A DNA stretch of 64,000 nucleotides, from positions 336,734 through 400,733 of the forward strand of contig JBQMZB010000001.1 of the NCBI GenBank assembly GCA_052171195.1. Reading direction: 5' to 3'. Made by a program: the position numbers and the translations under genes. This document shows positions 20,703 through 30,270 of the stretch, piece by piece; position 1 is the first letter of the stretch; every line of letters begins with the position of its first letter. The notes beneath the pieces were generated by a model. It was not told the origin of the DNA and did not search any database. It saw nothing but the letters and a program-made list of their open reading frames with translations. Source of the DNA: Bacillales bacterium (GTDB lineage Bacteria; Bacillota_I; Bacilli_A; RFN20; CAG-826).

Positions 20703-22019
20703 ATGGAGAAAAAAATTAGAGAAGATTATATATTTAAAAAGAAGTGTTTATTAATTTTATTATACCTATGTTATATAGATAATTTTGATTATAAATCTTT
20801 ATTATTTAGAAATTTCGGTTTTACATTTGAGGAAGCTTGTAATTTTAAAATTTTTATTAAAAATAATGATAATAATTTTTATAAAGGTCTTATCTATATT
20901 TACGAAGATAATAATGTTATTGATTATTCTTTATTTGATAAAGAAAATAACATTAATATATTTAAGGTAGATAAAGTTAGTCACAAAAATAATTATTACA
21001 AACCTAAATCTGCATTGAATATTTATTTCGATGAATCTAATTTTTTAGCGGTAGGATATTTAAATAATAAGTACACTAAATATTTATTAATTGATGATAC
21101 TGACTCTGTTTTTAAAGAAGAATTATTATTTAAGTTAGCGTATAATAACAATGTTAAGAATGTTAATTCTAGTGCTAATTCATTTATTTTATGGTTGTTA
21201 AGATTTTATTCTTCCAACTTAAATTTTGACTTAGTATTAGGTGCAGGAATTAATTTAGATTATGGCGCTAAAGATTGGCATCAACTAGTAGATGCATTAA
21301 ATCTCAATTTTTATGATGACAATAAAATATCTGTAGATCAAATTAAAAAATATGTCGGCCATGAATTATTTGTCTCTTCAAAGTTAATTAAGACTAACGG
21401 ATTTGATGTATATGATTCATTAAATCAAGAACTATATTTATTTAAAGAAGCTAAATCATTTAATGATTCTAATTCAACTTTATACCATATTGTAGATTTT
21501 ATAGAAAATAGTAATGATAAAGTAAATGTTATTACATATAATTACGATACTAATTTAGAATATTTATTACGTAAAAGAAATATTTTATATAACACAATTT
21601 ACGACAACACATCATTTATTAACAAAGATAACTCCGTTGATATTTTCCATGTTCACGGCTTATTACCTTATAATAAAATGAAAGAGAAAAAATACACTAA
21701 TAGTCTTATTTTCTCTGAAAGCGAATATTTTTATCTATATAATAATCCTTACAGTTGGAATATTAGAAAACAATTACATGATTTTAGTTTTAATTGTTGT
21801 CTTTTTATTGGTATTTCTTTGACTGACCCAAATATGAAACGACTTTTAGAGTTAGCTACAAATTATCTTAAATTTAATTTTATTTTTATAAAGAAAAATA
21901 ACGGGATAAATGAAAAAATTTATCGAGATGTTTCAAATTATTTCTTTACTTATGATCTAATAACTATTTGGATTGACGAATTCGATGAAATTAATGATTG
22001 GTTGCAATTATTAATATAA
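20703..22019 (+). CDS. SIR2_2-family (PF13289-like) NADase-like domain protein with a roughly 170-aa N-terminal domain of unknown function; candidate single-gene phage-defence protein
   Basis: 438 aa. Motifs are 'FDLVLGAGINLDYG' (res 176-188), 'VITYNYDTNLE' (276-286), 'IFHVHG' (314-319) and 'LFIGISLTDPNMKRLL'. No SD, with a -10 TATAAT about 13 nt upstream. Visibly more AT-rich than its neighbours. Confidence 0.65.
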   Translation: MEKKIREDYIFKKKCLLILLYLCYIDNFDYKSLLFRNFGFTFEEACNFKIFIKNNDNNFYKGLIYIYEDNNVIDYSLFDKENNINIFKVDKVSHKNNYYKPKSALNIYFDESNFLAVGYLNNKYTKYLLIDDTDSVFKEELLFKLAYNNNVKNVNSSANSFILWLLRFYSSNLNFDLVLGAGINLDYGAKDWHQLVDALNLNFYDDNKISVDQIKKYVGHELFVSSKLIKTNGFDVYDSLNQELYLFKEAKSFNDSNSTLYHIVDFIENSNDKVNVITYNYDTNLEYLLRKRNILYNTIYDNTSFINKDNSVDIFHVHGLLPYNKMKEKKYTNSLIFSESEYFYLYNNPYSWNIRKQLHDFSFNCCLFIGISLTDPNMKRLLELATNYLKFNFIFIKKNNGINEKIYRDVSNYFFTYDLITIWIDEFDEINDWLQLLI

Positions 22020-22025
22020 TTTATA

Positions 22026-22574
22026 TTAAATAATTACTGAATTTTCTATTTGATTAAATGGATTCTCTTTATTTATATGGTCGTAGAAAAGTACACCTTT
22101 TAAATGGTCGTATTCATGTTGAAATATGATTGCTTCTAATCCATAAAATGTATGTGTTTCTTCTTGTTCGGTTAAAATATTATATGCTTTGAAGGTTATT
22201 TTATTCGATCTATAAACATAACCTGGATGTTCTTTATCAACTGATAAACAACCTTCTCCTGATTGAAGACAAACTTTTTTTACTGATTCTGATATAATTT
22301 TAGGATTTATAAAACCATATTGATGTATTTTATCATTTTCATCTTTATAATAAATCGCTAAAAACATTTCATTAATTCCAATTTGAGGTGCAGCAAGTCC
22401 AACTCCTGGTCTAACATTATTTTCTTCGCTCCATTTATCATCTTGAGATAATTTTAAATATTCAAGCATATCAAGTAGTAATTCTTTATATTTACTGTCT
22501 TTTACGTTTTCAACTTTTTTTGAAGGTTTTCTTAATTCTTTATTGTTATCTTTAACTATCTTAAATAATTTCAT
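22026..22574 (-). CDS. def: Peptide deformylase
   Basis: 'GVGLAAPQIG', 'EGCLSV' and 'HEYDHLKG' are the three PDF motifs. Confidence 0.9.
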   Translation of the reverse strand: MKLFKIVKDNNKELRKPSKKVENVKDSKYKELLLDMLEYLKLSQDDKWSEENNVRPGVGLAAPQIGINEMFLAIYYKDENDKIHQYGFINPKIISESVKKVCLQSGEGCLSVDKEHPGYVYRSNKITFKAYNILTEQEETHTFYGLEAIIFQHEYDHLKGVLFYDHINKENPFNQIENSVII

Positions 22575-22627
22575 ATTGTTATTTTATCACAATGTAATTT
22601 ATTATCAAAATATGATAAAATCTAAAT

Positions 22628-22963
22628 ATGGATAAATTTTTATTTGATTTAGTATGCGAATTAAAAAATGAATTAGATAAAGATATTAACTTCAAAAAAC
22701 TTAAGATTATTGAAGAAGATATTGTTAATAATGACGAAATTAAAATATTATCATATAAAAAAGATATGGCTATTGTTTCATATGAAGATTCTATTGTTGA
22801 TAATAATTTTAATTCCCCTTTATCATTAAATGAGAGTAAAAAAATGGCTAAAACTATTTACAATTTAAATAATCATCCTTTAGTTAAAGAATATAATTTA
22901 GTTTTACGTGAGGTAAATAAAATATATTCAAAAATTAACCGAGAAATTTTTGATATATTATAA
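22628..22963 (+). CDS. Small helical protein, possibly YlbF/YmcA-like (UPF0342)
   Basis: 111 aa. Its position directly upstream of rsmD-coaD mirrors B. subtilis ylbF-ylbG-ylbH(rsmD)-coaD. Sequence similarity is weak. Confidence 0.3.
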   Translation: MDKFLFDLVCELKNELDKDINFKKLKIIEEDIVNNDEIKILSYKKDMAIVSYEDSIVDNNFNSPLSLNESKKMAKTIYNLNNHPLVKEYNLVLREVNKIYSKINREIFDIL

Positions 22964-22968
22964 ATAAT

Positions 22969-23517
22969 ATGTTACGAGTAATAGCGGGAAAATATAAAAA
23001 TTTTAGATTAGAAGAACCTAATCCATTAATAACTAGACCTACAAAAGATATCGCAAAAGGTGGTGTATTTTCTTCTTTGAATAATATTTCTAATTATACT
23101 TTTTTAGATTTGTTTTCAGGAAGTGGATCTATTGGTATTGAAGCGTTATCAAGAGGCTGTGAGTATGTAGTTTTTAATGAAATTAACTCACATACCTATA
23201 AAATATTATTAAGAAATATTGATAAATTAAATATAAGTGAAAAATATAAATGCTATAAAGAAGATGCTTTTAATTTAATTACTTTATTAAGTAAGAATAG
23301 CAATAAATTCGATGTTATCTATCTTGATCCACCATATTCTTATAAATATAGTTTAGATTTAATTAATCTTATTATTCAATCTAATATTTTAAATAATAAC
23401 GGAATAATTATATTTGAAACAGATAAAGTATATGATTTTAATATTTTGATAGATTTTAAAGTGAAGTTATTTAAATATGGTATTACTAATATATATATGT
23501 TAAGGAGTTTAATATGA
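22969..23517 (+). CDS. rsmD: 16S rRNA (guanine966-N2)-methyltransferase RsmD
   Basis: 'DLFSGSGSIGIEALSRG' SAM motif and 'DPPY' motif IV. Confidence 0.82.
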   Translation: MLRVIAGKYKNFRLEEPNPLITRPTKDIAKGGVFSSLNNISNYTFLDLFSGSGSIGIEALSRGCEYVVFNEINSHTYKILLRNIDKLNISEKYKCYKEDAFNLITLLSKNSNKFDVIYLDPPYSYKYSLDLINLIIQSNILNNNGIIIFETDKVYDFNILIDFKVKLFKYGITNIYMLRSLI

Positions 23518-23996
23518 AAATAGCAATTTATCCAGGAAGTTTTGATCCAATTACAAATGGACATTTAGATATTATAGAAAGAGCAAGTAAAATTTTTGAT
23601 AAAGTCATTGTTTTAGTATCTATCAATAATGAAAAACATTACTTGAATAGCATTGAAGAAAGAGTTTCAATGATTGAAAAAGCAATTGAAGGTATTAATA
23701 ATGTTGAAGTTGATTCTTATTTAGGTCTAACTGCTTCTTATTTTAAAGAAAAAAACGCCTGCGCAATTATACGTGGTTTAAGAGTTGTAAGTGATTTTGA
23801 ATATGAATGGCAATTCGCTTCGGCAAACGAATTTATTGATCCTAATATAGAAATTGTTTTCTTTATGGCTCATAAAATGACATCATTTATTTCTTCATCT
23901 ACAATTAACGAGATGTATTTAAATGGTGTAGATATTTCTAGCCTTGTTCCAAAAAGTGTTATTAATCATTATAATAATAAAAAACTCAAGAATTAA
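23514..23996 (+). CDS. coaD: Phosphopantetheine adenylyltransferase
   Basis: 'IYPGSFDPITNGHLDII' (HxGH) and 160 aa. It overlaps the rsmD stop. Confidence 0.92.
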   Translation: MKIAIYPGSFDPITNGHLDIIERASKIFDKVIVLVSINNEKHYLNSIEERVSMIEKAIEGINNVEVDSYLGLTASYFKEKNACAIIRGLRVVSDFEYEWQFASANEFIDPNIEIVFFMAHKMTSFISSSTINEMYLNGVDISSLVPKSVINHYNNKKLKN

Positions 23997-24010
23997 TCTT
24001 GAGTTTTTTT
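23978..24010. terminator. Bidirectional rho-independent terminator between coaD (+) and the convergent thioredoxin-like gene (-)
   Basis: A 10-bp stem (AAACTCAAGA / TCTTGAGTTT) is flanked by an A-run and a T-run. The loop contains the coaD stop codon. Confidence 0.8.
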
Positions 24011-24018
24011 AATTTTCA

Positions 24019-24867
24019 TTAATCTTTTCTTTTAAAGCTACCTTCATAATTCCAACATTGAGCAAGGAAGTGAGCTCTGGTAACTTTGGTTTGGTCTTGT
24101 GTTGCTTCTGTTTTAAAGAAGACTGTACTTGCAAGATATCTCCAATCTTGTTTTGGATTATTTAAATCAAATAATATAACACATGGAACATGAATGCTGC
24201 TTACATCTTTTTGGAAATTATCAATATTTCCTTTAATTGTGGATTGAAGTGATGAATCAGCGTTGAGATAATAATCATTACGAGTTCCAAATGTTTCCAT
24301 ATCTGAGAATAAACTTGAATGGTCGCTTAAGATATATTCAAATGGTTTTTTATTTTTATATAAATCTTTATATTTTTTACCCATATCTTGGTTGCAAACA
24401 ATTGAGTAAGCTTTAAATCCTTGATTAGATGTTGTAACTAATTCGCCCCAATTATCTCTTAAATGAACAAAGGCATCACTCATATCTTTACAATAATCAC
24501 ATTCAGATTGAGTAAATATTAAAAAGAATTTCTCTCCATATCTTTCTTTAAAATTATTAAGGTCTTGCTCAGTATATTTTTCATCATTAAATTTATATCC
24601 TTGAGCCTTTTCATAATAAGTTAAGAAAGTATCAACATCGCTATTTCCTTCATTTGCATGCTCTAAACTTAGTCTGATTGAATTATAAAATTTTAATCCA
24701 TTATTAAGTTTCTTTTTATATTCATTAACTTTTTTTGTAATTGGTGGAATTGAGAAAATAATACCAAATATACATGAAACAATAATTAAAGGTTGAACCC
24801 ATGCTGTTTCTTTAAGCCAACGCCAGATAACAACAAAGAAACCTCCTATTTTTTTTAAAACTTTCAT
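24019..24867 (-). CDS. Membrane-anchored thioredoxin-fold protein (CxxC)
   Basis: It has an N-terminal TM helix, 'FFLIFTQSECDYCKD' (beta-strand then CxxC) and 'HVPCVILFD' (cis-Pro loop). The start is taken at 'MKVLKK' (24867), preceded by GGAGG, and the listed ORF start 24915 is judged too long. Confidence 0.4.
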   Translation of the reverse strand: MKVLKKIGGFFVVIWRWLKETAWVQPLIIVSCIFGIIFSIPPITKKVNEYKKKLNNGLKFYNSIRLSLEHANEGNSDVDTFLTYYEKAQGYKFNDEKYTEQDLNNFKERYGEKFFLIFTQSECDYCKDMSDAFVHLRDNWGELVTTSNQGFKAYSIVCNQDMGKKYKDLYKNKKPFEYILSDHSSLFSDMETFGTRNDYYLNADSSLQSTIKGNIDNFQKDVSSIHVPCVILFDLNNPKQDWRYLASTVFFKTEATQDQTKVTRAHFLAQCWNYEGSFKRKD

Positions 24868-25258
24868 TAAATTAACCTCCGATTGTATATATACAATGCT
24901 ATAAAAATATACCATTTTTGACCATTTTATTCAAACTTTATTTAAGTTTAATTAATAAAATCTTTTACAATTTGTATTTTATACAAAATATTATTTATTT
25001 TTTTATTAAAAATATTAAAAAATAGATATAAATTTAGAATAAAATAAATGTATAAAAATACACAAAAATATTATAAAAAATTAAGTAAATATCATTGATT
25101 TTGACTTTTTACTTTTTTATAATAAAGATAGTTTTAATAGTTATTAAGATTATTTATTTTATTAATTAATCATCAAGTCTATAATATTTAAAAAATTAAT
25201 AAAATTAACATAATTATAATCTTAATATTAATTTCTTTATATGGAGGGAAAAATAATT

Positions 25259-26368
25259 ATGAAGAAAATTAATTGCTTATTGTTAGGTGCTGCTGCTCTC
25301 TCTACATTAGGTCTTTCTAGTTGTAAACAAAAAGAAGCAGTTACCGATGTTGCTCTTATTACTGATATTGGTAATATTGATGATCACTCTTTTAACCAAG
25401 GTACATGGGAAGGTGTTGTTGAATTTTGTAAAAATAAAAATTATAAACACCAATATTATCGTCCAAGTGAAGATACTGATGAAGCTCGTAAAGCTATGAT
25501 GAAACAAGCCATTGAAGATGGCGCAAAAGTTGTAGTTTTACCAGGTTTCTTATTTGAAACTGCTTGCTATGATATGCAAACAGAATATCCTGATATTAAA
25601 TTTTTATTAATTGATGGAACTCCACACACTCCAGACTACAAAACTTTTACAACAACTTCTAACACAACCAATATTTTATTTAAAGAAGAACAACCTGGAT
25701 ATTTAGCTGGATATGCTGCTGTTAGAGAAGGATTTACTAAAATTGGTTTCTTAGGTGGAATGGCTGTCCCAGCAGTTGTTAGATATGGATTCGGTTATGT
25801 TCAAGGTGCTAATGATGCAGCAAAAGAATTAAATAAAAAAATTGAAATCAAATATGGTTATACTGGTGGATTTGTTGCTACAGATACAGTACAAAGCAAT
25901 GCTTCTAGTTGGTATTCTAGTGGAACCGAAGTAATTTTCAGTTGTGGTGGTTCAATCTATACATCAATTGTAAAAGCTGCAGAAAGTAATAAAGGCAAAG
26001 TTATTGGCGTTGACGTTGACCAAGCTTTAGATAGTAATTTAATTATTACAAGTGCTAAAAAAGAATTAACTTCTAGTGTTGTTGATAGTTTAACAAAATT
26101 AGAAGAAAATGGCGGAATTCTCAATGCTAAATGGCCAGAAACATTAGGTGGTAAAACTCGTGTTTTAGGTGCTAAGGAAGAAATGATTAGTTTAGCACAT
26201 ACAGAAAACAGTTGGAGACTTAAAAATTTCTCAATTGAAGAATATAAAGTCTTATTTAATAAATTAAAAGACGGTTCAATTGTTGTTAATGATAATTCAA
26301 ACGACGATATTAAACCTACAGTTGATACAAATTTAGTTAGTGTAGATTATAACGCTTACGCTGGTTAA
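25259..26368 (+). CDS. BMP-family (Med/PnrA/TmpC-like) ABC transporter substrate-binding lipoprotein
   Basis: Signal peptide plus lipobox 'LGLSSC'. GGAGGG SD before the ATG at 25259. It is followed by a two-NBD ATPase and two permeases, a nucleoside-type ABC system. Confidence 0.75.
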   Translation: MKKINCLLLGAAALSTLGLSSCKQKEAVTDVALITDIGNIDDHSFNQGTWEGVVEFCKNKNYKHQYYRPSEDTDEARKAMMKQAIEDGAKVVVLPGFLFETACYDMQTEYPDIKFLLIDGTPHTPDYKTFTTTSNTTNILFKEEQPGYLAGYAAVREGFTKIGFLGGMAVPAVVRYGFGYVQGANDAAKELNKKIEIKYGYTGGFVATDTVQSNASSWYSSGTEVIFSCGGSIYTSIVKAAESNKGKVIGVDVDQALDSNLIITSAKKELTSSVVDSLTKLEENGGILNAKWPETLGGKTRVLGAKEEMISLAHTENSWRLKNFSIEEYKVLFNKLKDGSIVVNDNSNDDIKPTVDTNLVSVDYNAYAG

Positions 26369-26379
26369 TTTTATATTTA

Positions 26380-26413
26380 AAGGTTGTCATTTTGTATGAT
26401 GACAACCTTTTTA
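26380..26413 (+). terminator. Rho-independent terminator or attenuator after the SBP gene
   Basis: AAGGTTGTCAT / ATGACAACCTT 11-bp stem plus a T-run. Confidence 0.75.
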
Positions 26414-26435
26414 AATAAAAAAGGATAGGATAAGA

Positions 26436-28067
26436 ATGAATAATGAAAATATAATTGAGATGAATCATATTACTAAAACATTCCCAGGAATTATAGCTAA
26501 TGATGATATCACTCTTCAGTTAAAAAAAGGTGAAATACACACATTATTAGGTGAAAACGGAGCAGGTAAATCTACATTAATGTCTATTTTATTTGGTCTT
26601 TATAAACCTGATAAAGGCGAGATATTATTTAAAGGTTCTCCGATTAATATTAAAAATCCAAATGATGCAACAAAATATGGAATTGGTATGGTCCATCAGC
26701 ATTTTATGTTGGTAGATGTTTTTACCGGTCTTCAAAATATTGTTTTAGGATATGAAGAATCTAAAGGTGGAGTATTACAATTTAACGAAACGAAAAAGAA
26801 ATTAAAAATACTTCAAGAAAAATATAGTTTATATGTAGATTTAGATAAAAAAATAGAAGATATGACTGTAGGTATGCAACAAAGAGTTGAAATTCTAAAA
26901 ATGTTATATCGTGATAATGAAATTTTAATTTTTGATGAACCAACAGCAGTATTAACTCCAAACGAAATAGAAGGCCTTATAAAAGTTATTAAAACATTAC
27001 AAAAAGAAGGTAAAACAATTTTATTTATTTCGCATAAATTAAACGAAGTAAAAGAAATTAGTGACCGTATAACTGTATTAAGAAAAGGTAAATATATTGG
27101 TACTTATGAAAATAAAAATTTAACTACTGATGATCTAGCTGCCTTGATGGTTGGAAGAAAAGTTAATTTCAAAACTGAAAAAAGACCTGTTCAAAAAGGT
27201 AAAAAGGTTCTAGAAGTAAACCATTTATTTGTTAAAGGAAAAGGGACGAAATTTTTAGCGAAAGATGTTAATTTTTCTGTTAGTCAAGGTGAAATCGTTG
27301 CATTACTTGGGATTGATGGAAATGGTCAAGAAAATGTGGTCGAAGCTATTACAGGATTGACTAAAATATATAATGGTAATATTTTGTTAAATGGCAATGA
27401 TATTACAAAATATAACATAAATAGAAGAAATAAATCTGGAATTTCTCATATTCCTGCTGATAGACATCGTTATGGTTTAGTATTAGATTATAATATGATG
27501 TATAATTTTATTTTAGAAAATTATAAAGATGAAAAATTTTCAAATAAAGGTTTTTTAAAAAATAAACATATTAAAAAATACGGTGAAGTTTTAATTAAAG
27601 AATACGATATAAGAAGTTCAGAAGGTGTTAAAACTATAACAAGATCTATGAGCGGAGGTAACCAACAAAAAGTTATTGTTGCACGTGAAATTGATAGAAA
27701 CAGCGACTTATTAATTGCAGTTCAACCTACAAGAGGATTAGATGTTGGTGCTATTGAAAATATCCATAATCAAATTCAAAAAGTTAAAGAGAGTAAACAT
27801 GCTGTCTTATTAGTGAGTTTAGAACTTGACGAAGTCTTTGATTTAGCAGATAGAATATTAGTAATCTATGAAGGTGAAATTGTTGGTGAATTTAAACCTG
27901 ATGATATCGACTATTCAGAGATTGGTTTATATATGTCCGGAGCTAAAAAAGACAATAAATTTATTTCAGATTACAATATAGATATTAAGGAAAATTTCTT
28001 CAGAAAAATATTAAATAAAACAAAATTATTTAAAGGTAAGAAGAAGGAGACTAACGAAAATGAATAA
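26436..28067 (+). CDS. ABC transporter ATP-binding protein with two fused NBDs (nucleoside/sugar type)
   Basis: 543 aa. Walker A 'GENGAGKST' and a second 'GIDGNGQEN'. Signature-like 'MSGGNQQK'. Confidence 0.85.
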   Translation: MNNENIIEMNHITKTFPGIIANDDITLQLKKGEIHTLLGENGAGKSTLMSILFGLYKPDKGEILFKGSPINIKNPNDATKYGIGMVHQHFMLVDVFTGLQNIVLGYEESKGGVLQFNETKKKLKILQEKYSLYVDLDKKIEDMTVGMQQRVEILKMLYRDNEILIFDEPTAVLTPNEIEGLIKVIKTLQKEGKTILFISHKLNEVKEISDRITVLRKGKYIGTYENKNLTTDDLAALMVGRKVNFKTEKRPVQKGKKVLEVNHLFVKGKGTKFLAKDVNFSVSQGEIVALLGIDGNGQENVVEAITGLTKIYNGNILLNGNDITKYNINRRNKSGISHIPADRHRYGLVLDYNMMYNFILENYKDEKFSNKGFLKNKHIKKYGEVLIKEYDIRSSEGVKTITRSMSGGNQQKVIVAREIDRNSDLLIAVQPTRGLDVGAIENIHNQIQKVKESKHAVLLVSLELDEVFDLADRILVIYEGEIVGEFKPDDIDYSEIGLYMSGAKKDNKFISDYNIDIKENFFRKILNKTKLFKGKKKETNENE

Positions 28068-29160
28068 TATCAATACATTTTTTAAAGAAAAATTTTCTAT
28101 TCGAAAATTATCGCCAATTCTCGCTTCTATTATATGTGCAATTTTTGGTTTATTAATAGGCGCTATTATTATAATTTTTATTAAACCTCAATCTGCGGAT
28201 CGTGGAATATATAATTTATTTTTTGGTGGATTTAAAAATATACCAAAAATATTATATCTAGCTACACCTATTTTATTAACAGGTTTATCTGTCTCGTTTG
28301 CTTATAAATGCGGATTATTTAACATAGGAAGTAGTGGCCAATTTCTAGCCGGTGGATTAGTTACTTTAATCTCCGCTCATATTTTCCATCTTCCATGGTA
28401 TTTATGTGCTTTATTTGCAATTGTCGCAGGTTTTTTATATGGAGTTATTCCTGGTTTATTGAAAGCATATTTTAATGTTCATGAAGTAATTACTTCGATT
28501 ATGTTAAATTGGATTATGTTATTTATAACTAACCTAATTATTTTAAATGTTCCAGGACTTTTAAACCCAAACGAATATAAGAGTCCACATCTTCCTGCTA
28601 ACTCTGTATTACCAAGAATTAATAATAACCCTTATTTAAATATAGGTATATTTATAGCGATTATTTTGTGTATAGTGGTATTTATTGTTATTAATTACAC
28701 TACTTTTGGATATGAATTAAAAGCTTGTGGTTTTAATAAAGATGCTTCTAAATACGCAGGTATTTCTACAACTAAAAATATAGTGTTAGCAATGGCTATA
28801 AGCGGAGCAATAAGTGGATTAGCTGGAGCTTTATATTATTTAGTTGGTACAATAAGATATCAACCTCAAGTTATTTCTGTTCCAGTTCAAGGATTCAATG
28901 GTATACCAGTTGCGTTACTTGCTAACTCTAATCCTATTGGATGTATAGTAACAGCATTCTTTATTTCTTACCTACAAGTTGCAAGCGATTATATGCAACC
29001 TCATTTCGCTAAAGAAAATATTGATTTAGTTATTGCAATTATTATTTATCTCAGTGCTTTCGCACTCATCATTGCAAACTTAATAAATAACCGTAAACAA
29101 ATTAAAGAATGGTTTAATAAAAAACATAAAATACAAAGGAATAAAAAGGAGGTTAAATAA
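28060..29160 (+). CDS. ABC transporter permease (BMP system)
   Basis: 366 aa polytopic protein, translationally coupled to the ATPase. Confidence 0.75.
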   Translation: MNNINTFFKEKFSIRKLSPILASIICAIFGLLIGAIIIIFIKPQSADRGIYNLFFGGFKNIPKILYLATPILLTGLSVSFAYKCGLFNIGSSGQFLAGGLVTLISAHIFHLPWYLCALFAIVAGFLYGVIPGLLKAYFNVHEVITSIMLNWIMLFITNLIILNVPGLLNPNEYKSPHLPANSVLPRINNNPYLNIGIFIAIILCIVVFIVINYTTFGYELKACGFNKDASKYAGISTTKNIVLAMAISGAISGLAGALYYLVGTIRYQPQVISVPVQGFNGIPVALLANSNPIGCIVTAFFISYLQVASDYMQPHFAKENIDLVIAIIIYLSAFALIIANLINNRKQIKEWFNKKHKIQRNKKEVK

Positions 29161-29162
29161 TT

Positions 29163-30164
29163 ATGAGCGGATCATTTGATTATGCACAATTTTTTGCATT
29201 ATTATTTGCCTTATTCTTTCCGTTAACTATTGTTGCGTTTGGAGGAATGTTTAGTGAAAGAAGTGGCATTATCAACCTTGGTTTAGAAGGTATCATGGTA
29301 ATAGGTAGTTTCTTTGGTTGTTTGTTTGTTGCAGCCTTTAATAAAAATATTAATGGTGTTGATACATGTATTGCTCCTGGTTTAGAACAATTAATTGTGT
29401 TTGGTGGAATATTTGTAGCGATGGTATCAGGTGTATTAATGTCCTTATTATTAGCGTTTGCCTGTATTAATTTAAAGGCTAATCAAACAATTGTTGGTAC
29501 ATCATTAAACATATTAGCGCCAGCATTAGGTATTGTATTAATTTGGTCTATTCAATCAAATTTAAATACAACAATTACCATTCCAAGTTGGTGCAGAATA
29601 GGATATAAAATTCCTTTTAGTCCTAATACTTTTCAAGATTTCATATTTTCAAATTTATATTTAACTTCATTTGTAATATTCTTCTTATTTATATTATTAA
29701 CATTTGTTTTTTATAAAACAAAACTAGGTTTAAGATTAAGAGCATGCGGAGAAAATCCTCAAGCAGCTGATAGTGTTGGAATAAATGTTAAGAAAATGAG
29801 ATATATTGGAACGATGATTGGTGGAGGATGCGCTGCTATTGGTGGTATGGGATATGTTTTAATTACGACTGCCGGTTATAAGGTTGAAAGCGGCGTATCT
29901 GGATATGGATTCTTAGCATTAGCTGTTATGATTTTTGGTAACTGGAAACCATTTGGAGTTTTAGGAGCAGGTTTATTCTTTACATTCTTTAGAATCTTGG
30001 CAACTAACTTAAACATAGAGGCCTTAAAACAAATTAATGGTTCTGGACAAATCTATTCAATGATTCCATACATTGTTACAATAATTGTTTTAGTGTTATT
30101 CAGTAAACATAGCCGTGCTCCAAAAGCAGAAGGTATTCCTTATGATAAAGGTGCACGAAGCTAA
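29163..30164 (+). CDS. ABC transporter permease (BMP system, second subunit)
   Basis: 333 aa polytopic protein. Confidence 0.75.
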   Translation: MSGSFDYAQFFALLFALFFPLTIVAFGGMFSERSGIINLGLEGIMVIGSFFGCLFVAAFNKNINGVDTCIAPGLEQLIVFGGIFVAMVSGVLMSLLLAFACINLKANQTIVGTSLNILAPALGIVLIWSIQSNLNTTITIPSWCRIGYKIPFSPNTFQDFIFSNLYLTSFVIFFLFILLTFVFYKTKLGLRLRACGENPQAADSVGINVKKMRYIGTMIGGGCAAIGGMGYVLITTAGYKVESGVSGYGFLALAVMIFGNWKPFGVLGAGLFFTFFRILATNLNIEALKQINGSGQIYSMIPYIVTIIVLVLFSKHSRAPKAEGIPYDKGARS

Positions 30165-30190
30165 AATTTAAAATAAGTTATTTAATTTTG

Positions 30191-30215
30191 CCTACACAAT
30201 CTGTGTAGGTTTTTA
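30191..30215 (+). terminator. Rho-independent terminator of the ABC operon
   Basis: CCTACACA-atc-TGTGTAGG followed by TTTTT. Confidence 0.8.
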
Positions 30216-30270
30216 TTTATATTTTTTCAAAAGATAGTTAATTTATTTTTATTAGTATTATAATTAGTAT

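Noticed and set aside
20785-20970. 61-aa ORF within the SIR2-like gene
   Set aside because: It is a same-strand alternative frame inside the larger, motif-supported ORF.
23376-25507. Antisense ORFs 23376..23564- and 25307..25507-
   Set aside because: They overlap rsmD/coaD and the BMP lipoprotein gene.
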